Assembly: GCA_052168235.1 (NCBI GenBank)
Contig: JBQLZK010000015.1
Coordinates: 53,475-117,474, forward strand
DNA from: Thainema sp.
GTDB lineage: Bacteria > Cyanobacteriota > Cyanobacteriia > Phormidesmidales > Phormidesmidaceae
Length of the DNA stretch: 64,000 nt
Direction of reading: 5' to 3'
Shown: positions 19,063 through 29,494 of the stretch, piece by piece
Layout of the letters: every line of letters starts with the position of its first letter
Position numbering within the stretch: the first letter of the stretch is position 1
Notes under the pieces: model-generated
Database searches by the model: none
What the model saw: the letters and a program-made list of their open reading frames with translations, nothing else
What the model was told of the DNA's origin: nothing
Made by a program: the position numbers and the translations under genes

Positions 19063-20100
19063 CTATGAAAGGGGTGAAACGGGTTCTGCCATGCCGACCA
19101 GTACTGTGCGATTACCCTGAAAAGGGTCACGTCCGTGGGCTGCCAGCATGTTGTCCAGCAGCAGAATGTCCCCGGCTTGCCAGGGAAAACGAATGGTCTC
19201 GGCGGCGTAGGCTTGCCGAATGGCATCCAGAACGGTCGGTTCAATCTCCGAGCCGTCGCCATAGTAGGCATTGCGGGGTAAGACATCCCCCGACCGCAAA
19301 ACCGCTTGAACAGAGGGTTTCAGGCTAGAAATATGGAATAAATGAGCCTGATTAAACCAGACCGCTTCTCCCGTTTCAGGATGGGTTGCGATCGCTTGGC
19401 AGACTTGGCGAGTGGTCAAGCGATCATCCTGCCACTCCCATTCAATTTGAGCCTCCCGACAGTAGGCTTCGACTTGTACCTTATCCTGCGTCTGAAAGAC
19501 CTGCTGCCAGGATAGATCCAGCCCATCACCGTAGTTGCGGACGTACATGATCTGCCGTTCTTGTAAGCGATCGCGCAGCACAGGATTGAGTCGCTGGAAT
19601 ACACGGCGACTATCGGCAATCGGCGTAATTCCACCGGATGCGGCAGGCTGCACGCAGAAAAACGCAATTTTCATCGGCCAGTTGCGGCTATAGGCCATTT
19701 CATTGTGCAGGGGAATGGATTGATCGGCAGGATATTCTGTTGACGTGTAGATCTGGCCTTGCACCTGAGTTCGGGGAGTTGAGCCGTAGGAGTAGGTCAG
19801 CAATGGTCCCCCGATCGTTTGTATAAACTGCTCAAATTCTGTGGCTCCTTTAACCTGAAAGTTGCGAAACAGAAGGCCACCCACCTGTCGGAGATGCTGG
19901 GAAATTAAATCCCGGTGGTTCCCTGCCCAAGTGACAAAGTTGAGTTCTGCGATCGCAGGTTGGATAACCAGCGGCAAAGGCTGATTCGGAGCAAGAGAAT
20001 CGATTCGCACTAAATCGCTTTGGGTTAGGCTCATTGCCTTACGGCGCACAGCACCTAGCCGAGGTCTTGTAGGCGGAGTAGAGAAATCAGAGCGGGTCAT
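19063..20100 (-). CDS. Stand-alone TauD/TfdA Fe(II)/2-oxoglutarate dioxygenase (putative aspartyl beta-hydroxylase)
   Basis: IPLHNEMAY (HxE), WFNQAHLFH and LLDNMLAAHGR motifs. Immediately precedes an I-A(Asp) module. Start placed at MTRSD. Confidence 0.88.
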   Translation of the reverse strand: MTRSDFSTPPTRPRLGAVRRKAMSLTQSDLVRIDSLAPNQPLPLVIQPAIAELNFVTWAGNHRDLISQHLRQVGGLLFRNFQVKGATEFEQFIQTIGGPLLTYSYGSTPRTQVQGQIYTSTEYPADQSIPLHNEMAYSRNWPMKIAFFCVQPAASGGITPIADSRRVFQRLNPVLRDRLQERQIMYVRNYGDGLDLSWQQVFQTQDKVQVEAYCREAQIEWEWQDDRLTTRQVCQAIATHPETGEAVWFNQAHLFHISSLKPSVQAVLRSGDVLPRNAYYGDGSEIEPTVLDAIRQAYAAETIRFPWQAGDILLLDNMLAAHGRDPFQGNRTVLVGMAEPVSPLS

Positions 20101-20123
20101 AGGTCTAAATCGCGAATGGTATG

Positions 20124-23100
20124 TTATCCCCGTAGGGTCTTGCGTCGGGTCTGCTTCAATCGTTGTAAACCCGTCGATTGCAGCGCCTGGGCTTGCTGCT
20201 GCTGTTGCTGACAATGGTGTTCAGCCACCTGAGCTAAAGTCTCTGCCAGAGGTAAATCTGGGTTTCGGGCCAGCTTCTCCAGCAAGATCATGAAAGTGTT
20301 GGATAGGCGTTGAGTTGTTGCAGCCTCAAACAAATCGGCCTTGTAGTTCCAGAATCCAGCAATGCCCTCCGAGCCTTCCCAGAGGTTCAGCTTTAAGTCA
20401 TAGCGAGCCGTGCCGTGATCGACCTCAACCGATGAAAGGGTCAGACCGGGCAGCTCCAGATCTGGTGCGGGAGCATTTTGCAGCACAAACCAGACCTGAA
20501 ATAGAGGATTATGGCTCAAGGTGCGCTCCAGCTTTAGCTCATCAACTAGGCGCTCAACGGGCAAATCGGGATGAGCATAGGCTCCGAGAGTCGTTTCTCG
20601 CACCTGGCGCAGCAGCTCCCGGAAGCTCATCGTGCCCGACAGTTGAGATCGCAAGACCAGCGTATTCACAAAGAAGCCAATTAAGCCTTCCAGTTCAGCT
20701 TGGTTGCGATTGGCAATGGGCGACCCGACTAGAATATCCTCGGCCTGCGTGTAGTAATGCAGCAAGACATTGAATCCAGCCAGCAGTGTCATAAACAGTG
20801 TTGCCGATTCCTGATGGCTCAGGTCAGTGAGTGCCTGACTGAGTGCTGCGGTGAGTTGAATCGGCTGCTGGGCACCTCGAAAAGTTTGTACTAAAGGACG
20901 AGGGCGATCCGTCGGTAGCAGGAGAACGGTTGGCGCACCCTCAAGCTGGTGCAGCCAGTAGTCCAACTGTTTAGGTAGCCAATCGTCAGCCGTCTGCTGT
21001 TGCCACGCTGCAAAGTCAGCATACTGAACCGTCAATGGCGGCAGAGCGGGAGTTTGATGCTGAATTAACGCTTGATACAGACTCGCCAACTCTTCAATCA
21101 GAACGCCCATTGACCACCCGTCCGAGACAATATGGTGCATCGTCAACAGGACAATATGCTCCGTTTCCGCTAGCTTGAGGACTGTAATCCGGAATAACGG
21201 CCCCTGCTTGAGGTCAAAGGATTGCCGAACCTCCTTCAGACAAATTGCCTCGGCCTCAGACGTGCGATCGCAGTGATCCGACAAATCAATCACCGTGAGG
21301 GGAAGTTCTAGCTTGGGGGCAACTACTTGAACAGGCTGTCCCTCAACCTGATCAAACGTGGTGCGGAGAGTTTCATGCCGCTGCACGAGTCGCTGAAAGC
21401 TCTCTTTCAGTGCGGGCAGGTTAAGGTTCCCGGTTAGTCGTACGGCTGCCGGAATATTGTAGAACGCGCTGCCAGGTTCCAGTTGATCGAGTACCCAAAG
21501 TCGTCGCTGGGCAAAGGAAACGGGAAACGGTTGCCCAGTGCGAGGAACAGGTTGAATCGCAGCTTGAACGGATGGAGCGCTTGTCTCCTGAAGCTGAAAT
21601 TCAATCACAGCCGCTAGTGCAGCAACTGTCGGAGCCTCAAATAAACAGCGCATGGGTAACTCAATTTGACAGGTCTTGCGAATGCGAGTTACAGCCTGGG
21701 CCGCGAGTAGGGAATGACCACCAACCTCAAAAAAGTTGTCATGCAGACCAATAGACTCTAAACCCAGAAGCTGCGACCAAATCTCAGCTAAATACTTCTC
21801 CACCTGGGTTTGAGGGGCTGAGCTAACCCCTGACCGTTCTGATTGCTCTGACTGAGACAACACCTCTGATGGAGCAGGCAGTGCGTTGCGATCGAGCTTG
21901 CCATTTAGGGTCAATGGCAGCGCCTCCAGCAGAACAAACGCGGACGGCACCATGTAGTCAGGCAACTGACGACGCAGCAGGGTTCGCAGTTCGGCTGGCA
22001 GGTTGTTATATGGTTCACGCGGCACGACATAGGCAACTAGGCGCTGATCGCCGGGTTGATCTTCGCGTACCAAAACACTGGCCTCTTGAAGATTGGGATG
22101 CTGTCTTAAGACGGCTTCGATTTCACCGAGTTCAATCCGGAACCCTCGAAGTTTGACCTGCTGATCAATGCGACCGAGGTATTCAAGTTCACCGTTGGGG
22201 CAGTAGCGGACGAAGTCGCCTGTTTTGTAGAGGAGTGAGGAGTGAGGAGTGAGGGGTGAATGGGTGGATGGGTGGATGGGTGGATGGGTGAATGGGTGGA
22301 TGGGTGAATGGGTTGGGGATGAAGCGTTCGGTGGTGAGAGTGGGGTGGTTGAGGTAGCCGCGTGCAACGCCTGCGCCACCGATATAGAGTTCACCGGGTA
22401 CGCCGACGGGGACGGGCTGCTGATTGGTGTCTAGCACGTAGAGCTGTAGGTCAGGAATGGCTTGACCAATTAGGCTTCCGGCTGCGGCATGAATGTCCGC
22501 TTGGCTAATGGGGCGATAGGTGACATGCACGGTTGTCTCGGTGATGCCGTACATATTAATCAACTGTGGCGACTGATCGCCGTGGCGATCGCACCAGGGT
22601 TTGAGGCTGGCTAAATCGAGGGCTTCTCCGCCAAAAATGACGTACCGCAGTTTCAAGCAATCGGCATGAGTGCTAGCGATATCGGCTTGAATGAACTGCC
22701 GAAAGGCGGAGGGTGTCTGATTTAGAACCGTCACTCCTTCTTGGCAAACCCACTGATGAAATGTCTGGGGATCACGGCTGAGGCAGTAGGGCACAATTAA
22801 TAAGCGACCGCCATAGAGTAGAGCACCCCAGATTTCCCATACGGAAAAGTCGAACGCAAAGGAGTGAAAGAGCGCCCACACATCGCGATCGCAAAATTGG
22901 AACCATTGATCCGTTGCCGTAAATAAGCGGGTCACATTACCGTGCGTGACCATTACTCCCTTGGGTTTGCCCGTCGAGCCAGAAGTATAGATCACATAGG
23001 CTAGGCTTTCGGGAGTCGCTTGGCTCACTGGATTGGTCGTGGGAAAATGTGCGATCGCATCCCAGCCTGTATCTAGACAGAGAATTTGTACTCTATCCCG

Positions 23101-24861
23101 ATCCTGATGATCTGGATGGTCTGCCCCTAAAGCGGGTAAAGAATCCGTCAGATGAGCCTGGGTCAGAATCAGCTCAAGCTGGCTATCCTCGATCATGAAC
23201 GCTAATCGCTCAGGCGGTGCTGCCGGATCGAGCGGCACATAGGCTCCTCCGGCTTTGAGAATACCCAGTATTCCCACGAGTAAATCTAGCGATCGCTCAA
23301 CGCATAAACCGACTAAGCTGTTGGGCTGAATTCCTCGCTGCTGGAGCGCATGAGCTAGTTGATTAGCTCGCTGATTTAACCTGCGATAGGTGAGAGACTG
23401 TTCCTCATACACAACCGCAACGGCATTGGGGGTTTGTTTTGACTGGGCTTCAAACCACTGATCTAGCGTTTGGTGGCAGGCGTAATTGCCCTGGAGCTGA
23501 CTCCAGCCAATCAGTTGCTGCTGCTCCGCCTCGGTAAGCCAAGCTAGTTCTACCAGCCGCGAGTCAGGATTACGAACGATACTATCGAGGATCGTTTGAA
23601 AATGTCCCAACAGTCGAGTAATTGTTTCATCAGCAAAGCGCTGACGGTCATAGAGCAACCGTAGCTCTAGCGTTTCCCCTATTACGGCTAGGATAGTCAG
23701 CGGATAGTGGGTCTGCTCAAAGGTTTGCAGCGCACCAATCGTCAAATTACCGAGATGTGTACCCAAGGTTTTATCAACCGGATAATTCTGAAACAAAACC
23801 AAGCTCTCAAATAGCGGCAGTCCAGCCGGAACATCGCTCCACTGCTGCACTTGAGCCAGAGGGCTATATTCGTACTGACGCATCTCGGCTTGCTGCCGCT
23901 GAATCTGCTGTAGCCAGGGCACCAAAGGTGAATCGCACGGCACCTGAGATCGCAGCGGCAGCGTATTAATAAAGACACCTAGCATCGACTCAACACCTGC
24001 CAATTCCGGCGGACGACCGGAAGACGTGGTGCCAAAGACCAAATCAGTTGTCCCACTGTAGCGACTGAGCAAAATTGCCCAAGCGCCTTGAATCACAGTG
24101 TTTAGCGTGATCTGATGCTGCCGCGCAAACTGCTGTAAAGCATGCGTAAGCTGGGGTGAAAGATTCACCTGCTGTTTACCACGGTCGGGATCAAAAGGCG
24201 TATTACCGGACAGGCCATCAATGCGAAATTCTGTCGGTGCTGTGAATCCCTGAAGCTGCTGTTGCCAAAACCGTTGAGCAGCAGCGAGATCCTGCTGTTG
24301 CAGCCATACCAAATAGTCTCGATACGGACGGGGCTGCGGTCGTTCGAGCGATTGGCCCATCACATAGGCATGATACGCAGCAATCACATCTTGAAACAGC
24401 ACCGTCATTGACCAGCCATCCAGTAGCAGATGGTGATACGTCCAGAGGAACTGGTAGCCTTGCTCTGTCGTACGAATCAAGCTCAGGCGCATGAGCGGTG
24501 CTTGAGACAGCTTAAATCCCTGAGTGCGATCGCACTTGCGTAACTGCTCAAGCCTCTGAATTTGCTCCTGACCGTCAACGCTTCGCCAGTCCTGCACTTT
24601 CAGGGGCAAGCTGATCTGCCGCTGCACCACCTGCACGGGTTCTTTTAAGCCTTCCCAAACAAAGCGAGTTCGTAAGATGGGATGGCGCTCAATCGCATAT
24701 AGCCAGGCTTTTTCAAAAGCAATGGTATCCAATGAACCACTGAGCTGACACAGTAGCTGACCGCAGTAAGCATCGGCGTGCGGCTTATCCAGAGCATGAA
24801 CGAGAATCCCTTGCTGGATCGGGGACAGTGGATAAAAATCTGCAACGTTACCGTTAGGCAT
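20124..24861 (-). CDS. NRPS C(DCL-like)-A(Thr)-T-C, split by a frameshift in a repeat tract at 22235-22311
   Basis: ORF 22189-24894 holds C (HHLLLDGWS) and the A domain up to ERFIPNPF, code DFWNIGMVHK (Thr). ORF 20124-22394 continues in another frame with LYKTGD, T (GGHSL) and C (HHIVSDGWS). No stop codons otherwise. Confidence 0.85.
22235..22311 (-). repeat. Tandem repeat tract (CCAT[C/T]CAC)x7 + ([C/T]CCTCAC)x3 causing the NRPS frameshift
   Basis: Read directly on the minus strand between AAC (Asn) and CTCTACAAAACAGGCGAC (LYKTGD). Confidence 0.9.
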
Positions 24862-24862
24862 T

Positions 24863-27800
24863 CTAGTCATCTCCAATAGCAGCCATAATGTCATTCAGGT
24901 CGTCTTGGTTCCAGTTGCTCCACTGAAACTCGGCAAAGTCAGACGGGGTAAAATGTTTCGTCGCTGGCTCCTGGCTGCTCTGAATCAGCGATCGCAGCGC
25001 CACTAAAAAGTGTTGCGCCAGGGCCTCAATCGTTGCTGCATCGTGTAAATTCTGGCTATACAGCCATTCCAGCCGCAGACTACCCTCAGTGACATAGCCA
25101 ATGATTTCTAAAATATGACTGCGATGCCCGAAAGGACTACGGGTTGCTCCGTAGGATTCTGCCGCAGTCACAAATTCAGCAGTGGCGTTCATTCCCGGAT
25201 CGAATTGCCCTAAATAGTTAAACTTCACCTGCGGTCGGGGTAGGGACTGAAGTTGTGCGATCGCAGATTGATTACTGCCGTAACGCAACAGTCCATAGCC
25301 AATACCAGAATTGAGAATCTGCCGTAGTTGCTCTTTCACCTGCGGTCGGGCTAATCCGGATTCTGCTGAATCGACCGTCAGACAAACTGGATAGACTACT
25401 GTAAACCAGCCGACCGTTCGCGAGAGATTCACACCTGGAAAGAGATCTTCCCGTCCATGTCCTTCCAGATCAATCAGAATTGAAGACCGCCCGATCCAGC
25501 GCTGAAAACTCTGTGCCAAGGCCGTTAGCAGCACATCATTGATGTGGGTATTGTAAGCAGTTGGCACATCCTGAAGCAGAGTTTGGGTTTCTGACGGTGA
25601 GAGTTCAACCAGCACTGTTTGAGTCGAGGCCACCGTGTTAGGCTGGCCTTCGCGATCCACAGGAATTTGAGGAGTAGCCTGAGTGAGAAGAAATTGCCAT
25701 CTCTCAACCTCTGCCTGCCCGTCCAACGACTGAGCGTATTGTTGAAGCTGGTTTGCCCACTCTTGAAAGGAAGTGGTTTTGGCAGGAAGCTGAACTCTCT
25801 GACCCTGACTAAATTGCCCATAGACGGTCTGAAAGTCCTCCAGCAGAATCCGCCACGACACCCCATCAATCACCAGATGATGCACAATGATCAGCAATCG
25901 TTGTGGTTGGTCAGCACCTAAATCAAACAATGCAACTCGCACGAGATCACCAGAACCGAGATCCAAACTTTCTTGCAAGCAATTAGCATGAGATTCAAGC
26001 ACAGCCGCCTGTTCAGCACGGGGGCAGTCAGCTAAGTCAATGACTTCTAGAATTGGACGAACCCTTGAAGTCGGTAAGATATCCTGTTGCCATCCCGATT
26101 TGGTGTGGACAAAGTGCGATCGCAACTGATCATGATGCTCGATTAAATGCTCGATGGTTTGCTTTAAGAATCCTGCATCCAACATTTGGCGGCATTCCAG
26201 CAGTACCGCTTGATTCCAGTGATGCGGCTGAGCAAACTCCTGCTCAAAGAACCAGCGCTGAATCGGCGTCAGTGGCACGCTGCCCGTTACCTCTCCTTGC
26301 TCAGCTTGTACTTGACTCTCGGTTCCCGCTACCGCCGCTAATCCGACAATGGTCTGATGTTCAAATAGCTGCTTTGGCGTCAGATGTAATCCGGCTTGAT
26401 TCGCTTTGGCAATCACCTGAATGCTGAGAATCGAATCACCACCGAGACTGAAAAAGTTGTCATGAATGCCAACTTGCTCAAGGCCCAATACGTCTGCCCA
26501 GATTTGCGTCAAGATTTGCTCAGATTGAGTTGTCGGTGGAGTGTAGGATACCTGAGATTGAATCATCTCCGGTACTGGCAGCGCATGTCGATCCACTTTG
26601 CCATTGGGCGTGAGCGGGAGTGCGTCAAGAACTGCGATCGCACTTGGCACCATATAGTCCGGAAACCGCTGGGCAAGATAGTCCTGGAGCGCTTGAGTGT
26701 CCTGAGTACAATTGTTCACAACTACATAGGCGACCAGTCGCTTTTGTCCCGGTTGATCTTCCCTTAGTACAACAACAGCACGCTGGACGGCTGGATGTTG
26801 CTGGAGAACCGATTCAACTTCCCCTAACTCAATCCGATAACCGCGTAGCTTCACCTGATCGTCCACGCGTCCTCGGAACTCAATTGTTCCATCGGCTCGG
26901 TATATAGCGCGATCGCCTGTTTTGTAGAGGCGTGAGGCGTGAGGAAGTGGATGGGTAGATGAGTGGATGGGTGGATGGGTGGTTGAGGAATTGAAAGGAT
27001 GGGTGGATGGGTTAGCAAAAAGATTGAGGATAAAGCGTTCGGTAGTGAGGTCAGGGCGTTGCCAGTAGCCGCGAGCGACGGTTGCGCCGCCGATATAGAG
27101 TTCTCCCGGCACTTCAATTGGTACAAGCTGCTGCTGTTGATCCAGGATATAAACCTGACTATGGGCCAGCGGTTGACCTAGAGGAACGATGCCTTCATGG
27201 GCTATCTCATCAATTTCATAGGTCAAGACACCGACAGTGGCTTCAGTGGGGCCATAGTGATTAAGAATGCGGCAGTTGGATAACTCACGGATATTCCTAA
27301 TCAGCTCCCAACTAGCCGCTTCTCCACCCAGGATGAGGCACTGTTTCGGCAGGATATCCGCAGGATGAGCAGCAGAGGTAATCAGAACCTGAAGATGGGA
27401 TGGAACGATCTTTAGGCAATCAATTTGATATTGCTGGTTGTAAGCTGCCAGGGCATCGGGATTAGAGGCTCGCTCTGCGCTAATCAGATGCAAACAGCCA
27501 CCTGTGCAGAGTGCTGAAAAGATCGCTGTGTTACCCAAATCCGCCGCAATGGTAGATACAGAGGCGTAGCTGGCTCCTGGTGAAAGATTCAGCCGCTGTT
27601 GAATGCCATCGAGATAGTTCAGCACATGCCGATGCTCGACGGCGACACCTTTCGGTACTCCGGTCGAGCCAGAGGTGTAGATCAGATAGGCTAGGTTGTC
27701 AGGCTTAACGGAGCTATGAGGGTTTTCGGTGCTGTAATGTGAGATCGCACTCCAGTCTCGATCCAGACAAACCACCTGAGCTGTCGTCTCTGGTAGCGTG

Positions 27801-29494
27801 TTGAGTAAGGACGATTGCGTCACAATCACAGGTGCTTGGGCATCATTTAGCCGCTGCATAATTCCTGCTGACGGGAGAGCCGGATCGAGCGGCAGATAGG
27901 CTCCTCCGGCTTTGAGGATACCGAGCAGACCCACCATGAGGTTGCAGGAACGCTCTAGATAAAGTGCGACAGGTATATCGGTGGTGATGTCCTGCTGCTG
28001 GAGGCAGTGAGCCAGTTGGTTAGCCTGTTGATTCAGTTGAGCATAGCTGAGGTGCTGGTCTTCACAGACGACCGCTAGCGCATCTGGAAACTGAGCAGCT
28101 TGGACTTCAAAGTGCTGATGTAAACAGTCTTCTACGGTTTGTTCAGAGGGGACGGGATTAAACTCGGCTAGCACCCGATGTCGCTCGGCAGCACTGAGGA
28201 TTTCTAACTCACGAATGGGGCAATTTGGATTTGCTAAAGCATTGCTCAGCAAAACTCGAAACTGATCGGCTAATCGTTCGATTACACTTGCGTCTAAAAC
28301 CTGCGGATCATATTGAAACTGTAACAATAACCGACCAGAAATGCAATGGCAGGAAAGATTGAGATGAAAGCGTTCGATGCAGCTGAAAATATGATCTAAC
28401 GAAACAGTTAGATTCTGAACAGTGCAGGGCAGTAACCAATCAGTGTAATTAAAACTGACGGGCAAGTAATTTATTAATGTCTCAGCGCTCCAGTTTTGCC
28501 AAGTGAAGTATTCCTGCCATTGTGTAGCCATCTCACTCTGATCTTTTACCTGCTGTAGAGCCTGATCAAAAGACAGGTGGGTGTCTATAGCATAAAAAGG
28601 TAAATATGTTGTGAGTAGCCCTAACGCTGACGATAGTTCCTCGTAGCTTCGCCCATCAAAGGCGGCACTGATCAAGAAATTTTGATTGTCTACTAAGCGG
28701 CCTAATAAAGCTTGCCAGCAGGTTAACAAAATATGCCTTTTTTCAACACCCACTGATTGCGATAGCTGGCAAAAATTTTCTATTAGTTGTTGCTGTTCTT
28801 CTGGTAAATCAATTTGGAAAATAGCTGGTTGAAACTGATCAGATACACGATGTTCAAACGGCAAAGAAACTACTTGTTTTTGCTTCAGCTCTACCCTATT
28901 CCAGTAAGCTTGTCCAGCCTGATAATCTTCATCCTGAGTCGCTAATAGTTCATGTTGCCACTCGGAAATTTGGACATACTGGATGGATTCAGTTTCATAC
29001 TCTGCATCAGCGTAGTTGGCCAAGAGCGCATCAATTAGAATGCTTAGCGTCGCAGTATCGGCACAGAGTGCAGGCAGACTAATCAGCAGCCAGAACTGAG
29101 CTGGGGCAGATTGAATGAGGTAGACCTGGAGCGGAGCTTGAGATTCCAAATCGGTCTGGTTTCCAATCTGGTGCAGCAATTCAATGAGCTGTTTCTGTTG
29201 CTTCGTAAACGTAGTATGACTCCAATCGAGTTCAACCCAGCGGCCAACAGAATCTGATGACACGACCTGAAGCGGCCACTTCATGCCTGGTCGCCGGTGA
29301 AATGTAGTGCGTAGAATTTCATGCTGGTTAACTAGCTTTTGCAGTCCAGCCTTTAGGCGCAGCCGATCCAGTTCGCCCTCAAGCCGCAATACCCCTTGCA
29401 CTCGATATATGGAATTTTGCCGCTGCAACGACCACAGCCGCTCCTGTTGAGGCGAGAGCCGAAATCCAGTGATCACTCTATCGAGTTGCTGCAT
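24863..29494 (-). CDS. NRPS interface (I)-A(Asp)-T-E
   Basis: C-like domain with LPALCAD in place of HHxxxDG. A code DLTKIGHVGK. GGDSI T and HHLVIDGVSW E. Confidence 0.92.
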   Translation of the reverse strand: MQQLDRVITGFRLSPQQERLWSLQRQNSIYRVQGVLRLEGELDRLRLKAGLQKLVNQHEILRTTFHRRPGMKWPLQVVSSDSVGRWVELDWSHTTFTKQQKQLIELLHQIGNQTDLESQAPLQVYLIQSAPAQFWLLISLPALCADTATLSILIDALLANYADAEYETESIQYVQISEWQHELLATQDEDYQAGQAYWNRVELKQKQVVSLPFEHRVSDQFQPAIFQIDLPEEQQQLIENFCQLSQSVGVEKRHILLTCWQALLGRLVDNQNFLISAAFDGRSYEELSSALGLLTTYLPFYAIDTHLSFDQALQQVKDQSEMATQWQEYFTWQNWSAETLINYLPVSFNYTDWLLPCTVQNLTVSLDHIFSCIERFHLNLSCHCISGRLLLQFQYDPQVLDASVIERLADQFRVLLSNALANPNCPIRELEILSAAERHRVLAEFNPVPSEQTVEDCLHQHFEVQAAQFPDALAVVCEDQHLSYAQLNQQANQLAHCLQQQDITTDIPVALYLERSCNLMVGLLGILKAGGAYLPLDPALPSAGIMQRLNDAQAPVIVTQSSLLNTLPETTAQVVCLDRDWSAISHYSTENPHSSVKPDNLAYLIYTSGSTGVPKGVAVEHRHVLNYLDGIQQRLNLSPGASYASVSTIAADLGNTAIFSALCTGGCLHLISAERASNPDALAAYNQQYQIDCLKIVPSHLQVLITSAAHPADILPKQCLILGGEAASWELIRNIRELSNCRILNHYGPTEATVGVLTYEIDEIAHEGIVPLGQPLAHSQVYILDQQQQLVPIEVPGELYIGGATVARGYWQRPDLTTERFILNLFANPSTHPFNSSTTHPPIHSSTHPLPHASRLYKTGDRAIYRADGTIEFRGRVDDQVKLRGYRIELGEVESVLQQHPAVQRAVVVLREDQPGQKRLVAYVVVNNCTQDTQALQDYLAQRFPDYMVPSAIAVLDALPLTPNGKVDRHALPVPEMIQSQVSYTPPTTQSEQILTQIWADVLGLEQVGIHDNFFSLGGDSILSIQVIAKANQAGLHLTPKQLFEHQTIVGLAAVAGTESQVQAEQGEVTGSVPLTPIQRWFFEQEFAQPHHWNQAVLLECRQMLDAGFLKQTIEHLIEHHDQLRSHFVHTKSGWQQDILPTSRVRPILEVIDLADCPRAEQAAVLESHANCLQESLDLGSGDLVRVALFDLGADQPQRLLIIVHHLVIDGVSWRILLEDFQTVYGQFSQGQRVQLPAKTTSFQEWANQLQQYAQSLDGQAEVERWQFLLTQATPQIPVDREGQPNTVASTQTVLVELSPSETQTLLQDVPTAYNTHINDVLLTALAQSFQRWIGRSSILIDLEGHGREDLFPGVNLSRTVGWFTVVYPVCLTVDSAESGLARPQVKEQLRQILNSGIGYGLLRYGSNQSAIAQLQSLPRPQVKFNYLGQFDPGMNATAEFVTAAESYGATRSPFGHRSHILEIIGYVTEGSLRLEWLYSQNLHDAATIEALAQHFLVALRSLIQSSQEPATKHFTPSDFAEFQWSNWNQDDLNDIMAAIGDD

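Noticed and set aside
19023..19286. N-terminal extension of the 2008-aa ORF
   Set aside because: It overlaps the TauD gene in another frame. The paralogous module suggests the real start is MMQPQTIEGYRLSPQQ at 19022.
20124..22394. Independent 756-aa NRPS gene
   Set aside because: It begins mid-A-domain with repeat-encoded sequence. It is the 3' half of the frameshifted Thr NRPS.
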